Shown: positions 39,432 through 49,638 of the stretch, in pieces | Numbering within the stretch: position 1 is the first letter of the stretch | Layout of the letters: each line of letters begins with the position of its first letter | The notes under the pieces: generated by a model | Database searches by the model: none | The model's input: only the letters and a program-made list of their open reading frames with translations | What the model was told of the DNA's origin: nothing | Made by a program: the position numbers and the translations under genes | DNA from: an uncultured delta proteobacterium | Lineage (GTDB): Bacteria > Desulfobacterota > Binatia > UBA9968 | Assembly (NCBI GenBank): GCA_963745835.1 | Contig: CAVUZH010000008.1 | Coordinates: 92,835-156,834 of the forward strand | Direction of reading: 5' to 3' | DNA length: 64,000 bases

Positions 39432-40301
39432 TTACCCACGCGTCTTTGTCAACCTCGGATCCAGCGCGTCCCGTAGCGCGTCACCGAGCAGATTGAAGCT
39501 CATCAGGGCGAAGAAAATGAAGATGCCCGGTAGGAACACTTGCAGCGGGGCGATGAAGATGTTGGTTGAGGCATTGGTGAGGAGATTTCCCCAGCTTGGC
39601 GTCGGCGGCTGAATACCGAGGCCAAGAAAACTCAAGGTGGTTTCGGCTCGGATAGCAGCGCCGGCGTCGAGGGTGGCGGCGACAATTAGCGGTGCCAGCG
39701 AGTTTGGCAGCAGATGACGCAGCATAACGCGCCAGCGCGATGCGCCCAGGCAGTGCGCCGCCACCACGAACTCTTGCTCGCGAAAAGAAAGCACCGCGCT
39801 GCGCGCCAGCCGGGCGGCATTGGTCCATTCCAGTGCGACCAGAATGATGATGATGTTCAACAGCCCCGGCCCGGCTACTTTGGACAGCACCAGTAACAGG
39901 ACGATACGCGGAACCGTGTAAATAGTATCCACCATGCGCATCAGGATGTTGTCCAGAGTTCCACCGACATAACCTGCGAGAATGCCGATCAGTCCGCCCA
40001 GAACTACCGTGCTCAACCCGACGATCAGGCCTACCGCCAGCGAGACTCTGCCGCCGTGCATGATCCTGACCCAGGTATCGCGCCCCAGTTCATCGGTGCC
40101 GAACCAGTGCGTCGCGGACGGTCCATGCATGCGCTCTGCGAGCGAAACTTGATCAAGTTCGTACGGGACAAAGTGAGGACCGGCAATCACCAGAAGCAAA
40201 AGAAAAACAAAGAAAAAAAATCCCACATAGGCGACGCGGTGCTGTTTAAAGCGTCGCCAGACGATGCGCCAGTTTCCTATTGGAAGCGGGGTCGACTCCA
40301 T
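39432..40301 (-). CDS. ABC transporter permease (DppC/OppC type)
   Basis: GTDELGRDTWVRIMHGGRVSL and six hydrophobic spans. Start moved to ATG 40301, 4 nt after the upstream stop. Confidence 0.85.
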   Translation of the reverse strand: MESTPLPIGNWRIVWRRFKQHRVAYVGFFFFVFLLLLVIAGPHFVPYELDQVSLAERMHGPSATHWFGTDELGRDTWVRIMHGGRVSLAVGLIVGLSTVVLGGLIGILAGYVGGTLDNILMRMVDTIYTVPRIVLLLVLSKVAGPGLLNIIIILVALEWTNAARLARSAVLSFREQEFVVAAHCLGASRWRVMLRHLLPNSLAPLIVAATLDAGAAIRAETTLSFLGLGIQPPTPSWGNLLTNASTNIFIAPLQVFLPGIFIFFALMSFNLLGDALRDALDPRLTKTRG

Positions 40302-40305
40302 CGGG

Positions 40306-41271
40306 TCAATTTTGGTAGCGGATGCGTGGATCAAGCCAGCCATAAAGAATGTCGGCCAGCAGATTAAAGAACACCACCGCGACGGCGAGAATCATGACCA
40401 CCGTCATGGCAATGACATAATCATTGCCCATCACCGAAGTGTAGAGGAGCCGGCCCATTCCGGGATAAGCAAAAACAGTTTCGACCACAGTCGAACCGCC
40501 GATTACCCGCGGCATCGTCACCGCGATAATGGTGACCACGGGAATGAGCGCGTTCTTCAGAGCATGACGGCCGATCACGGTCTGTTCGCTCAATCCCTTC
40601 GCCCGAGCCGTGGTCAAATAGTCCTGCCGCAACACCTCCAGCAAACTTGAACGCATAAATCGCTGCACCTGAATGATTTCCGAAATCGCCAGCACCGACA
40701 CCGGCAATATGAGATGTTTCATCCAATCGACCGTCGCTTCCCAGGTGCCCGGCGTCAGGTCGGGATTGACGATGCCGGAAGTGGGCAGCCATCCGAGTTT
40801 CACGGAAAAAAGGATGATCATCATCAACCCGAGCCAGAACGCCGGAACCGAATAGGCGACAAAGGTCAGCGCCGTCAGCAGGTAATCGCCGATGGAATAT
40901 TGCCGAACCGCGGAAAAAATTCCCAAGGCGATTGCGATCAGTTTGCCGATGACCACCGCCGTGATCGTCAGCACCAGAGTATTTTTCAACGCCGGAATAA
41001 TGATATCGATCACCGGCTGTCCATACTCGCGCGAGTAACCGGGGTTCAGTTGAAGCAACTGCCAGAGCCACTTCCAATATTGAATGTAGAAAGGATCGTC
41101 GAAACCGTAGAGCTTGCGCAACCGTTCATAATCTTCCGGACGAAGGTTGGGGATTCCCTCGAGCATCCGGTAGAGCGGATCCCCTGGCATGGAATAGAGC
41201 AGGAAAAAAATCAGAGCGGAGACGAAGAAGAGCAGCGGCACGAGCTGGATCAGACGACGGAAAATATACAA
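40306..41271 (-). CDS. ABC transporter permease (DppB/OppB type)
   Basis: N-terminus MYIFRRLIQLVPLLFFVSALIFFLL and LTTARAKGLSE text typical of the family. Confidence 0.85.
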   Translation of the reverse strand: MYIFRRLIQLVPLLFFVSALIFFLLYSMPGDPLYRMLEGIPNLRPEDYERLRKLYGFDDPFYIQYWKWLWQLLQLNPGYSREYGQPVIDIIIPALKNTLVLTITAVVIGKLIAIALGIFSAVRQYSIGDYLLTALTFVAYSVPAFWLGLMMIILFSVKLGWLPTSGIVNPDLTPGTWEATVDWMKHLILPVSVLAISEIIQVQRFMRSSLLEVLRQDYLTTARAKGLSEQTVIGRHALKNALIPVVTIIAVTMPRVIGGSTVVETVFAYPGMGRLLYTSVMGNDYVIAMTVVMILAVAVVFFNLLADILYGWLDPRIRYQN

Positions 41272-41297
41272 AAGACATTAAAGCTCAACTGAAAGTC

Positions 41298-41424
41298 GTT
41301 CCACACGTTCCACCTGTTCCAACGGTTCCAGCCGTTTCAAGAATTGAGAACCGCTAAATCAACAGCCGATTCCGCTTCCGCTTTTAACGATTGGAACGTT
41401 TGGAACTACTTGAACGACTGGAAC
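41298..41424. repeat. periodic palindromic element: 5 x GTTCCA-NNN (exact 9-nt phase 41298/307/316/325/334) facing 4-5 x TGGAAC (41392/401/410/419)
   Basis: Hexamers read directly. There is a ~43-nt spacer. Lies between the SBP stop (41572) and the permease start (41271). Confidence 0.85.
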
Positions 41425-41571
41425 GCTTTGATTTAAGTCTTATCCCACTGCTGCATGTTCCAACTGCTAGAGTTTTGCCCGCCGCTTTCCTGCCGCGGCG
41501 TCACTCCCGTGAGGCCTCTTTTCACCACGAGGATTTCCGGCGAGTAGTATAGCGGCAGGTGCGGCAGCGCT

Positions 41572-43161
41572 TCAGCTAAACATTTTGAGAAAGTCCAGTT
41601 GCAGCTGCTCCGAGCGCGCTTCCGGAATAATCGAGTTGATCTCGTCCAGAATCGCGTCTTTACGCGGATCATTCCAACCGGAGACGTTTTCTGGAGCATA
41701 CTTGTTCTCGGCCGTGGGAATGTTCTTGGTGTGAAACCGCTCGGGCCATTCTTCCACTGTAACGTTATGCGAACCGATGAACGCGCCGGGCCAACGATTG
41801 CGGTTATCCGCTGAGTTGAGCAATCGGTTCGGCAGATTTTTGATATTGCCGCGCACGCCGATCTTCTTCCAGTAATCGGCGATAATCGCCTCGGCCTGCT
41901 CATGGTCGCGCCGTTCGGCGGTGACACGGAATTCGAACTCCATCCGCTCGCCTTTAGCATTCGTCAAAATGCCGTCGGAGCCCGGCTTCCAGCCGGCTTC
42001 GGCGAGAAGTTTTTTTGCCCGTTCCGGGTCGTACTTATAGATGGTCACCGTCGACAGCGCTTTTTTGTAAGTCTTGCGGACCCGCGACAGCGGGATATCC
42101 GAGACCACTTTCTCTCCCCTGAACATGTTCTGCACCATCGCGTCGCGGTCTATGGCATGCAGCAACGCACGGCGCACACTGACATCACTGAACAGTGGGT
42201 TGTCGCGGCTCAGGTTGAGCCAGGTCCAGGAGGCAGGGCTGATATGCACTTTGCCTTTTCCCGTCTTCTCCCACTGATCGCGCAGGATCATCGCGCCATC
42301 GAAAGAAATAGTGCTGCGCATGCACAGGTCCACTTCTCCGGCCAGCACCGCCGCAAGATTGGTATTGTTGTCCTCGACGGTTTTGTAAGTCACCCGGTCG
42401 ATCTTGGGCTTGCCGAGCGCAAAGTCATTGAAGGCTTCGAGCTCCATGCGGCTGCCGGCGTCCCATTCCACGACGCGGTATGCCCCGGCGCCGATGAAGT
42501 TTTTGTTCCAATAAGGCAAATTGGCAAATGCCTTCATATCGCCGGCGTTGAAGGCTTCCTGCAACAGGTGGCGCGGAAAGGCGCGCACGTGAGTGTACTG
42601 GATCGCATAAGCCTCGTTGTAGAGATCATTCCAATGAATCACGAGGGTGCGATCGTCTGGCGTTTCGATCTTTGAAATCATTTCCGGCACGAGCCGATCC
42701 GGCATAGGAAATTGCGGATGTTTCGCAATCTGCCAGCCAAACTCGAAATCTTTGGAAGTGTACGGCTTGCCGTCATGCCATTTGAGATTGGGACGGAGCT
42801 TATAGACCGTGATCATGGTTTTTTTCTGAGGATCGATCTTCCACGTTCCCTTCTTAACCGAAGGCAGTTCCTCGGCCAGCACCGGTACGCGTTCGAGAGT
42901 TGCAGGGTTTTGACCGACCAGGCCGGCATCCACCATGGACACATGCTCTGTCTCGCGACGATTGTGATAGCCGAGACTCGTCACTTGACGCTCGCCATGA
43001 ATGATGATTCTTTTTCGCGCGGGTTGAGCGGCAAAGAGTGGCGCTTTCGGCCACGGCAGAGTGCCCAGCGCCGCCGCGCTCGTGCCGGCCAATTTGATGA
43101 ATTGCCGCCGGCTCAGATTCCCGCCGGTATTCCTATCTGATTTCTTGTTCCGGTCTGACAT
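41572..43161 (-). CDS. ABC transporter substrate-binding protein, family 5 (peptide/nickel type)
   Basis: Twin-arginine-like leader SRRQFIKLAGTSAAALG. Start moved to ATG 43161 behind AAGGGAGGA. Confidence 0.85.
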   Translation of the reverse strand: MSDRNKKSDRNTGGNLSRRQFIKLAGTSAAALGTLPWPKAPLFAAQPARKRIIIHGERQVTSLGYHNRRETEHVSMVDAGLVGQNPATLERVPVLAEELPSVKKGTWKIDPQKKTMITVYKLRPNLKWHDGKPYTSKDFEFGWQIAKHPQFPMPDRLVPEMISKIETPDDRTLVIHWNDLYNEAYAIQYTHVRAFPRHLLQEAFNAGDMKAFANLPYWNKNFIGAGAYRVVEWDAGSRMELEAFNDFALGKPKIDRVTYKTVEDNNTNLAAVLAGEVDLCMRSTISFDGAMILRDQWEKTGKGKVHISPASWTWLNLSRDNPLFSDVSVRRALLHAIDRDAMVQNMFRGEKVVSDIPLSRVRKTYKKALSTVTIYKYDPERAKKLLAEAGWKPGSDGILTNAKGERMEFEFRVTAERRDHEQAEAIIADYWKKIGVRGNIKNLPNRLLNSADNRNRWPGAFIGSHNVTVEEWPERFHTKNIPTAENKYAPENVSGWNDPRKDAILDEINSIIPEARSEQLQLDFLKMFS

Positions 43162-43366
43162 CAAGTATCCTCCCTTACCGCTACGATGGTCGGCATCCAT
43201 ATAACTAACCTCGAACTTGAGTGTCAATCGATATGGTCCGATAGCCTATTTGTTGCCGCGCTGCCGATCACCGCCGCTTGCGGAAATATCTCTGTCACTG
43301 GCTTCCTTGACAAGGCTTTAATCGAGGGGATAGAACAAACAATCTAATTTATTAAGGAGAAGCCCC

Positions 43367-44071
43367 ATGGCAGTGGATAATTTTGAGGATCATTGTTGGA
43401 AAGACGTTGTCACCCCGGAAATTCTTAAGACCTACACCCCGTATCATCGCGAGACCTTTATCGGCCAGAGACCGGCGCTGCTGGCCATCGATCTTTACAA
43501 CCTCGCCTACGAAGGCGGCCCTAAAGAGCCTCATGAGCTGGTCGATACCCATAAGAGCTCATGCGGCGTCTACGCTTACAACGCCATCAAGCCGACCCAG
43601 GAACTGTTTGCGCTGGCGCGTTCGCTAAAAATTCCGATCTTCTACACCACGACGGAAACTCGCAAGGAAGCCAATCCTGATAAGGTTTATGCAACCAACC
43701 GGCAGCGGGTTAAGATCGATCCGCAAGCCTTTGAAATCCGCGAAGAGTTCAAACCCGAAGCCGATGACGTGGTCATCTTCAAGGAGCGCGCCAGCGGCTT
43801 CTTCGGCACGCCGCTAATCGCTCATTTGACACAGAAAGGGATCGACAGCCTGATCGTCTGTGGCGAAAGCACCAGCGGCTGCGTCCGCGCCAGCTCAGTG
43901 GACGGTTATTCGCTGGGATATCACGTTTCGATTGTCGAAGAGTGCGTCTTTGATCGCAGCCCGCTATCGCACAAGGTCAACCTCTTCGATATGCATCACA
44001 AGTACTGCGACGTGATGAAGCTCGATGAAGTAAAAGAAAAGATCAAACAAGAGCGCCCGCGCGCTAAGTAA
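43367..44071 (+). CDS. isochorismatase-family cysteine hydrolase
   Basis: LIVCGESTSGCVRASSVDG catalytic-Cys text. ATG follows AAGGAGAAG. Confidence 0.85.
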   Translation: MAVDNFEDHCWKDVVTPEILKTYTPYHRETFIGQRPALLAIDLYNLAYEGGPKEPHELVDTHKSSCGVYAYNAIKPTQELFALARSLKIPIFYTTTETRKEANPDKVYATNRQRVKIDPQAFEIREEFKPEADDVVIFKERASGFFGTPLIAHLTQKGIDSLIVCGESTSGCVRASSVDGYSLGYHVSIVEECVFDRSPLSHKVNLFDMHHKYCDVMKLDEVKEKIKQERPRAK

Positions 44072-44076
44072 TAGAC

Positions 44077-44180
44077 GTTCCAATTGTTGCAATCGTTTCA
44101 AATTGTTCCACTGAGATGGTGCTAACACCTCGCGGCGTTAGAAACACTGGAACGGCTGGAACATTTGGAACTGTTGGAAC
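44077..44180. repeat. second copy of the 9-nt GTTCCA / TGGAAC periodic palindromic element
   Basis: GTTCCA-like hexamers at 44077/086/095/104 face TGGAAC at 44148/157/166/175, with exact 9-nt phase on both arms. Confidence 0.85.
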
Positions 44181-44195
44181 CTGTTTTTCAATCCG

Positions 44196-44993
44196 ATGCC
44201 CTACAGCACCGCCAACGGTCTCAAAATCTACTACGAAGTCTCTGGCGAAGGATTTCCCTTCGTCATGGTCCATGCCAATCCGTTCGATCATAACTTGTGG
44301 ATGTATCAGATCGCGCACTTCTCGACCTATTTCAAAGTCATCGCCATCGATATCCGCGGTTACGGTCGTTCGGACAAGCCAAGCACACCATTCACACTAA
44401 AAGACATGGCCGACGATGTTCTTGGGGTGTGCCGCGATGAGAGCGTCACGGAAGCCATTCTGGGCGGCGTGAGTGTTGGCTCAGGAATGGCGCTTCTGCT
44501 TGGCCTGGATTATCCGGAACTGTTCAAGGCTCTGATCCTGGTCGGCGGCAGCAGTGGTCCCGGCGGCGCCATCGATGAGCGAATTCATGGTTATACAAAA
44601 ATCGGCGTCGAGAAATACCACATTCAACACCTGAAGGAACTGGTCGCGCCGGATTTTCCCCAAACCAAACTCGGTAAATATCTGCTCAACACCTACGTCG
44701 AGAGGGATCCGTGGCTCTCCGGAGAATCCATCGCCCAGATCTTTCGCGCCCGTGGCGGGACCGACATGACGCCGCGGCTCGGATCGATGAAGGTGCCGAC
44801 ATTGGTGATCAACGGTGAATACGACAACTCTCTCAAAGCCGGCCAACGCACCGCCTCGCTGATTCCGGGCGCCATGCACAGGATCTTGCCGAAGACCGGC
44901 CACGCCTGCTGCATCGAAGATCCAGCCGGCTTCGATGAGTTCGTCATTGAATTCTTGCGCGCCAATCGTCTCCTGCCGAGTTCGCCGAGTTGA
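44196..44993 (+). CDS. alpha/beta-fold hydrolase
   Basis: HG-type oxyanion region FVMVHANP, nucleophile elbow GVSVGSG, C-terminal GHACCIEDP. Confidence 0.8.
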   Translation: MPYSTANGLKIYYEVSGEGFPFVMVHANPFDHNLWMYQIAHFSTYFKVIAIDIRGYGRSDKPSTPFTLKDMADDVLGVCRDESVTEAILGGVSVGSGMALLLGLDYPELFKALILVGGSSGPGGAIDERIHGYTKIGVEKYHIQHLKELVAPDFPQTKLGKYLLNTYVERDPWLSGESIAQIFRARGGTDMTPRLGSMKVPTLVINGEYDNSLKAGQRTASLIPGAMHRILPKTGHACCIEDPAGFDEFVIEFLRANRLLPSSPS

Positions 44994-45050
44994 AAGAGCT
45001 CCACTGCGCTTCTCACCCCTGCGCTGCGCCTGAACGGCGAGAGGAGGAAC

Positions 45051-45606
45051 ATGACAATCAATATAGATAAATTAAAGAGCATGAATCCTCCGCAGGGAAT
45101 GGACTTTCGTATCGGTAAACTCGGTCATATCGTGCTGCAGGTCAGCGACCTGGAAAAATCCACCGCTTTTTACACCCAAGTGCTCGGCCTGAGAGTCTCC
45201 GATGTTTATCCCGAAACGATGATGCCTGGCGGGATGGTTTTCCTGCGCTGCAACCCGGACCATCATTGCCTTGCGTTGGTCGGCGCCGGCGAGCGACAAG
45301 CGGCTAACCAAGAGCTCCATCACTTCGCCTTTGAAGTCCCGACACTCGCTGAAGTTATCCGTGCTCGTGATCGCTTGCGCGCCAATCACGTTCAGATCGA
45401 TTTTGAGGGACGCCGCCGGGCCGGTTGCCAGATCGCCGTAGAGTTCCGCGATCCGGACAACCATTCGGTGGAAATCTACTGGGGCGTAGATCAAGTCGGC
45501 AGCGATGGTCGTGTCCGGCCGCAAAATGAATGGCATGGTGTGAAATCACTGGAGGAAGCTATCGCTCAATCCCGTCCCCGGTCAGGACACTCACCTTCCG
45601 AAATGA
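45051..45606 (+). CDS. VOC-family (glyoxalase/extradiol dioxygenase-like) protein with one apparent frameshift near 45565
   Basis: Paralog of 49683..50192. After ...SLEEAIA the expected tail (NPVPGQDTHLPK*) is in the +1 frame. It ends in a TGA that overlaps the next ATG (ATGA at 45603). Confidence 0.7.
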
Positions 45607-46567
45607 GTTCCGCCTCTCCTTCTCTCGAGGATATAATAGGCGAATCTTCGCGCAGCCTGGTAATCGGCATCGGTGGTGGCGGCGATGTTGCCGGCGCATT
45701 GGCGACGGCCAGATTTCTCGAATTCTGCGGCCTGGAATTTGTCCTCGGCGGGCTTTCTTGGGAGCGCCGGGTTTTCGACCCGCTGCCGGGCCCGCGCATG
45801 CTGAGCGAAGTCGAGAATGTTCGCGCTCTGCATCAGTACGCATGGATGGCTAATCGCCGAGAGCCAGACCAAGACCGGCGTTTACTTCGCCGAGTCGAGG
45901 ATGGCGGAATTTTTAGCGAAAGAAGTTTTACTCGTCGATATCAGCGGCGGCGTCCAAGGAGTCGTGGCGAGGGTTGGAGCGCGCTATCGAAGAACTGCAA
46001 ACCGACCTGCTCGTCGGCCTGGATGTCGGCGGCGATTCCTTGGCACAAGGCACCGAACCGGGCTTGCGTAGCCCGTTAGCGGATTCCGTGATGCTGGCGA
46101 GCATTTGTCGAAGTTGGAGAAGCGCGGACTATCGCGTGTTTTGGGGAGTATTCGGCTATGGCAGCGACGGCGAATTAACCGTCAACGAAATCGAAGCCGC
46201 GCTGAGCATATTGGCGAGCGCCGGTGGCTTGTTGGGCGCGTGGTCACTGACTCCCAAAACCGCAGCGGAGCTCGAAGAAGCGATCAAAACAGTTCCCACA
46301 GAAGCGAGCGCGATCCCAGTCCAGGGCTTCCGCGGCGCGTCGGGAGAAAGCAGAATTCGCGACGGCAGCAGACCCGTGAAGCTCACACCATTGAGCGCTC
46401 TAACCTTTTTCATTCGGCTACCAAACTGTTCGAAGCCCTTTCGCGCCCCGCTCAAGCAGTCTACGGCAGCTCCTCTCTCGATCAAGCAAACGACGCTTTG
46501 CATGCTATCGGCATCAAGACCGAGTTGGATTCCGAGCGGGAATACTACCAGACTCAGAAAGCTCTAG
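45603..46567 (+). pseudogene. DUF1152-like protein, about 3 frameshifts
   Basis: Colinear text lies in three frames: SLVIGIGGGGDVAGALATARFLEFCGLEFVLGGLSWERRVFDPLPGPR; TKTGVYFAESRMAEFLAKEVLLVDISGG; LLVGLDVGGDSLAQGTEPGLRSPLADSVMLASI. The C-terminal end is uncertain. Confidence 0.55.
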
Positions 46568-46575
46568 CGGATTTG

Positions 46576-47821
46576 ATGTTCAAAGAATTGCATCGCGATG
46601 TGGCCGTCCTCATGGCTTCACGCGGCGTCAGGGCCTTCGCTTTTTCTTATTTAAATGTGATTTTCGCAATCTACCTGACTCAACTAGGTTACTCGACAAT
46701 AACGGTGGGGCTGGTGATTTCAACAGCGTATGCTAGTGGCGCCGTGCTGACGGCCTGTGGGGTTATCTTTCGGACCGCTTCGGCCGCAAAAAGATTCTCA
46801 TCCTGCTCGCCGCGCTAACGATTGTCTCCAATCTGATTTATCTTTTTTTCGATCACCTCTTTTTCATTCTCCTCGCTGTCATCATCGCCAATGTCGGAGC
46901 TGGGGGAGCGGGTGCCGGCGGTCAAGGCGGAGGGCCTTTCAATCCGGTGGAGCAGGCCTTGCTGGCCGAGAAATGTACTGCGGCGAATCGCAACCGGATT
47001 TTCGCCACCAACTCTTTTGTCGGCTCGATTATGGGTGCGCTGGGCGCGCTTGTGAGCGGCCTCCCTGAATACCTGCAACAAAATCGGGGCTGGCCATCTG
47101 TGGCGTCATACAAGCCGCTCTTTGCATTGACGATCCTTTTCAGCATCGTGCTCATCTTCGCCTATTCCAGCATCAGCGAACAACATGTCTTTGTGCCGCG
47201 ACAACGCGAACAGAAGTCGCGACGAAAAGAACCGGCGGGTTTGTCATGAAGATGTCTCTTTTGGGCATGCTGGATAATCTGGGAGCCGGGTTGATCAGCC
47301 CATTGATCGCTTATTGGTTTTTCTTGCGTTACGGTGTCGAATTGAAATCGCTGGGACTGATGTTTTTTCTTTCTCACTTTGTCGCAGCGCTTTCTTTCCT
47401 GGCCGCTCCTGTGATCGCGCGCAAAATTGGCGTAGTTAAAACCATGGCGTTTTCTCACGGCGCCGCGTCTTTAATCTATCTGTTCGTGCCGTTTGCGCCC
47501 AACTTTACCGTGGCGGCGGCTTTGACGGTGTTTCGTTCGTTTCTGGCTTATATGGATAACCCGCTGCGCAGTTCCTTCATTATGGGCGTCGTCAGACCCG
47601 AAGATCGCGGCTCGGCGGCGGGGATCACCACCCTATCGCGCCATGTTCCCATGGCGGTAAGCCCGACTTTGTCGGCGTACATAATGCAGGCATTTTCATT
47701 AAATGTGCCGATCTTCTTGGGCGGTTTTTTACAACTCTTTCATGACTGTGTTTTTTATTATCTGTTCCACGGCGTTAAACCGCCCGAGGAGCAGAATTCC
47801 GAACCGAGATCGGCGGCTTGA
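46576..47821 (+). pseudogene. MFS transporter, upstream tandem paralog, at least 2 frameshifts (~46755, ~47235)
   Basis: Colinear with 47821..49071 across three frames (MASRGVRAFAFSYLNVIFAIYLTQLGY; GGGPFNPVEQALLAEKCTAANRNRIFATNSFVGSIMG; WFFLRYGVELKSLGLMFF...AYMDNPLRSSF). Confidence 0.7.
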
Positions 47822-49071
47822 TGAAATTTTTTCCAGATCTGCACCACGACGCCAAGCTGCTCATGGCATCGCGCGGTATCCGATCCTTCGCTTTTTCTTA
47901 TTTAAACGTCGTGTTCGCCATCTATCTGGATCAGCTCGGCTATACCCCAGTGATGATCGGCATTATCTTCTCTGTCGCTTACCTGGCCGGGGCGCTCCTG
48001 ACTGCGGTATGGGGCTACCTATCGGACCGTTACGGGCGCCGCAAAATTCTAATGTTGTTAGCCGTGCTGACGATTATCTCCAATGGCATTTATATTTTTT
48101 TCAGCGGCCTGGTGTTTATCTTGCTGGCGGTCGTCATCGCCAATGTCGGCGCGGGCGGTTCCGGTGGCGGTGGTTCCGGCGGCGGACCGTTCAATCCGGT
48201 CGAAGAGGCGTTGCTCGCCGAAAAATGTAAGCCGGAGAACAGAAATCAGGTGTTTGCTCTGAACTCGTTTGTTGGCTCGATCATGGGCTCGGTCGGCGCC
48301 CTCGGCGCCGGCTTGCCGCAGTACCTGCAGGAGATCCGAGGCTGGACCACCGTGTCCTCCTACAAGCCGCTGTTCATGCTGACGATCATCTTCAGCGTTA
48401 TCCTGCTCTATGTTTACAGCGCGATCGGGGAAGAGCATCAGCCGCATAGGACCGAAAAAAAAATCTCAAAGGCCACAGGTGTTTTCGTAACCAAAATGTC
48501 GCTGTTGTCGTTCGTCGATAATTTCGGCGCCGGTCTGGCCGGTTCATTGGTGTCATACTGGTTTTTCCTGCGTTATGGCGTGGAGTTGAAGTCTCTCGGC
48601 TTGTTGTTCTTTATCTCCTATTTTCTGGCGGCGTTGTCTTTTTTGAGCGCACCGATCATCGCGCGCTACATCGGGCTGGTTAAAACGATGGCGTTTTCCC
48701 ATGGCCTGGCATCGATGATTTATCTTCTGATCCCGCTGGCCTCCACATTTAAGATCGCGGCGACCATGCTTGCTGTGCGCTCTTATTTTGCCTACATGGA
48801 CAACCCGCTGCGTTCCTCTTTTACTATGGCGATGGTGCGGTCGAGCGAGAGAGGTTCGGCGGCCGGAGTCACCAGCCTAGCGCGCATCGTTCCATTCGGC
48901 ATCAGCCCGACGATCTCGACTTATCTGATGCAAAGCGTATCCCTGACTCTTCCGTTGTTCATCGGCGGCGGGTTACAATTGATCAACGATGTCGCCTTTT
49001 ATCTGATGTTTCGCCACATCAGGCCGCCGGAGGAGATCCAGCAACCTGCCGTGGAAAGGAGTCCCGCGTGA
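47821..49071 (+). CDS. MFS transporter (intact tandem paralog)
   Basis: 12 hydrophobic spans. The ATG overlaps the upstream TGA by 1 nt. Confidence 0.85.
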   Translation: MKFFPDLHHDAKLLMASRGIRSFAFSYLNVVFAIYLDQLGYTPVMIGIIFSVAYLAGALLTAVWGYLSDRYGRRKILMLLAVLTIISNGIYIFFSGLVFILLAVVIANVGAGGSGGGGSGGGPFNPVEEALLAEKCKPENRNQVFALNSFVGSIMGSVGALGAGLPQYLQEIRGWTTVSSYKPLFMLTIIFSVILLYVYSAIGEEHQPHRTEKKISKATGVFVTKMSLLSFVDNFGAGLAGSLVSYWFFLRYGVELKSLGLLFFISYFLAALSFLSAPIIARYIGLVKTMAFSHGLASMIYLLIPLASTFKIAATMLAVRSYFAYMDNPLRSSFTMAMVRSSERGSAAGVTSLARIVPFGISPTISTYLMQSVSLTLPLFIGGGLQLINDVAFYLMFRHIRPPEEIQQPAVERSPA

Positions 49072-49439
49072 GTTACTTCTGGCGCCTCGCCGAAGAGCGG
49101 ATAAAGGAAGCTCAACGGGCGGGCGCTTTCGACAATCTGCCAGGCAAGGGAAAACCGCTGGATCTCGAGGATCTGAGCTGGGTGCCCGAGGATTTGCGCA
49201 TCGGCTATTTGGTTCTCAAGAACGCCCATGTGCTGCCGCCTGAAGCCCAACTGCTAAAAGACATCCACACCATCGAAGATCTTTTGAAGCATGTAGAAGA
49301 TGAAGGCGAGCGGCGCGCCCTGGCCAAGAGTATCCAGTTCAAGCTAATCCGCTTGGACATGCTCAAGCGGCGCTCCATGCCTTTGCGCTCGGTGCGAGAC
49401 TACAGCCGAAAATTGGTCGACAAGCTACGCGCTAAGTAG
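49068..49439 (+). CDS. DUF1992 (DnaJ-C28-like) protein
   Basis: RIKEAQRAGAFDNLPGKGKPLDLED text. GTG start overlaps the MFS stop. Confidence 0.7.
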   Translation: MSYFWRLAEERIKEAQRAGAFDNLPGKGKPLDLEDLSWVPEDLRIGYLVLKNAHVLPPEAQLLKDIHTIEDLLKHVEDEGERRALAKSIQFKLIRLDMLKRRSMPLRSVRDYSRKLVDKLRAK

Positions 49440-49513
49440 GCGAAACGGGGGCCTGGCGGCGCTGCTTTTGGTTTTGCCTTGAATGTTCATCCATGATAGA
49501 CAACGCTCAGTTA

Positions 49514-49638
49514 GCAGGCTGCTGAAAAATACCCATATGCTTCGTTGCGCTCAATCGCCTCGCTGCAACGTACTGTAAGTACGCCTCCGCTCGTCGATTT
49601 TCGCGCGCCTCGCCTCTGGATCTTTTTGAGCAGCCTGC
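49514..49638. repeat. 125-bp imperfect palindromic element
   Basis: Termini GCAGGCTGCTGAAAAA / TTTTTGAGCAGCCTGC match at 15 of 16 positions as an inverted repeat. A central hairpin CGTACT-GTA-AGTACG sits exactly at the midpoint (49576). Confidence 0.8.

Noticed and set aside
40421-42675. Long overlapping ORFs (40421..41077 -, 40714..41292 +, 41902..42675 +, 41433..41960 -) across the ABC permease and SBP genes
   Set aside because: They are off-frame or antisense to genes with clear family motifs. This is typical of GC-rich shadow ORFs.
38680-44180. Periodic short repeats as CRISPR arrays
   Set aside because: Repeat units are 6-10 nt with 3-14-nt linkers, arranged as inverted arms, with at most five units. 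No cas genes are present. This is incompatible with CRISPR architecture.
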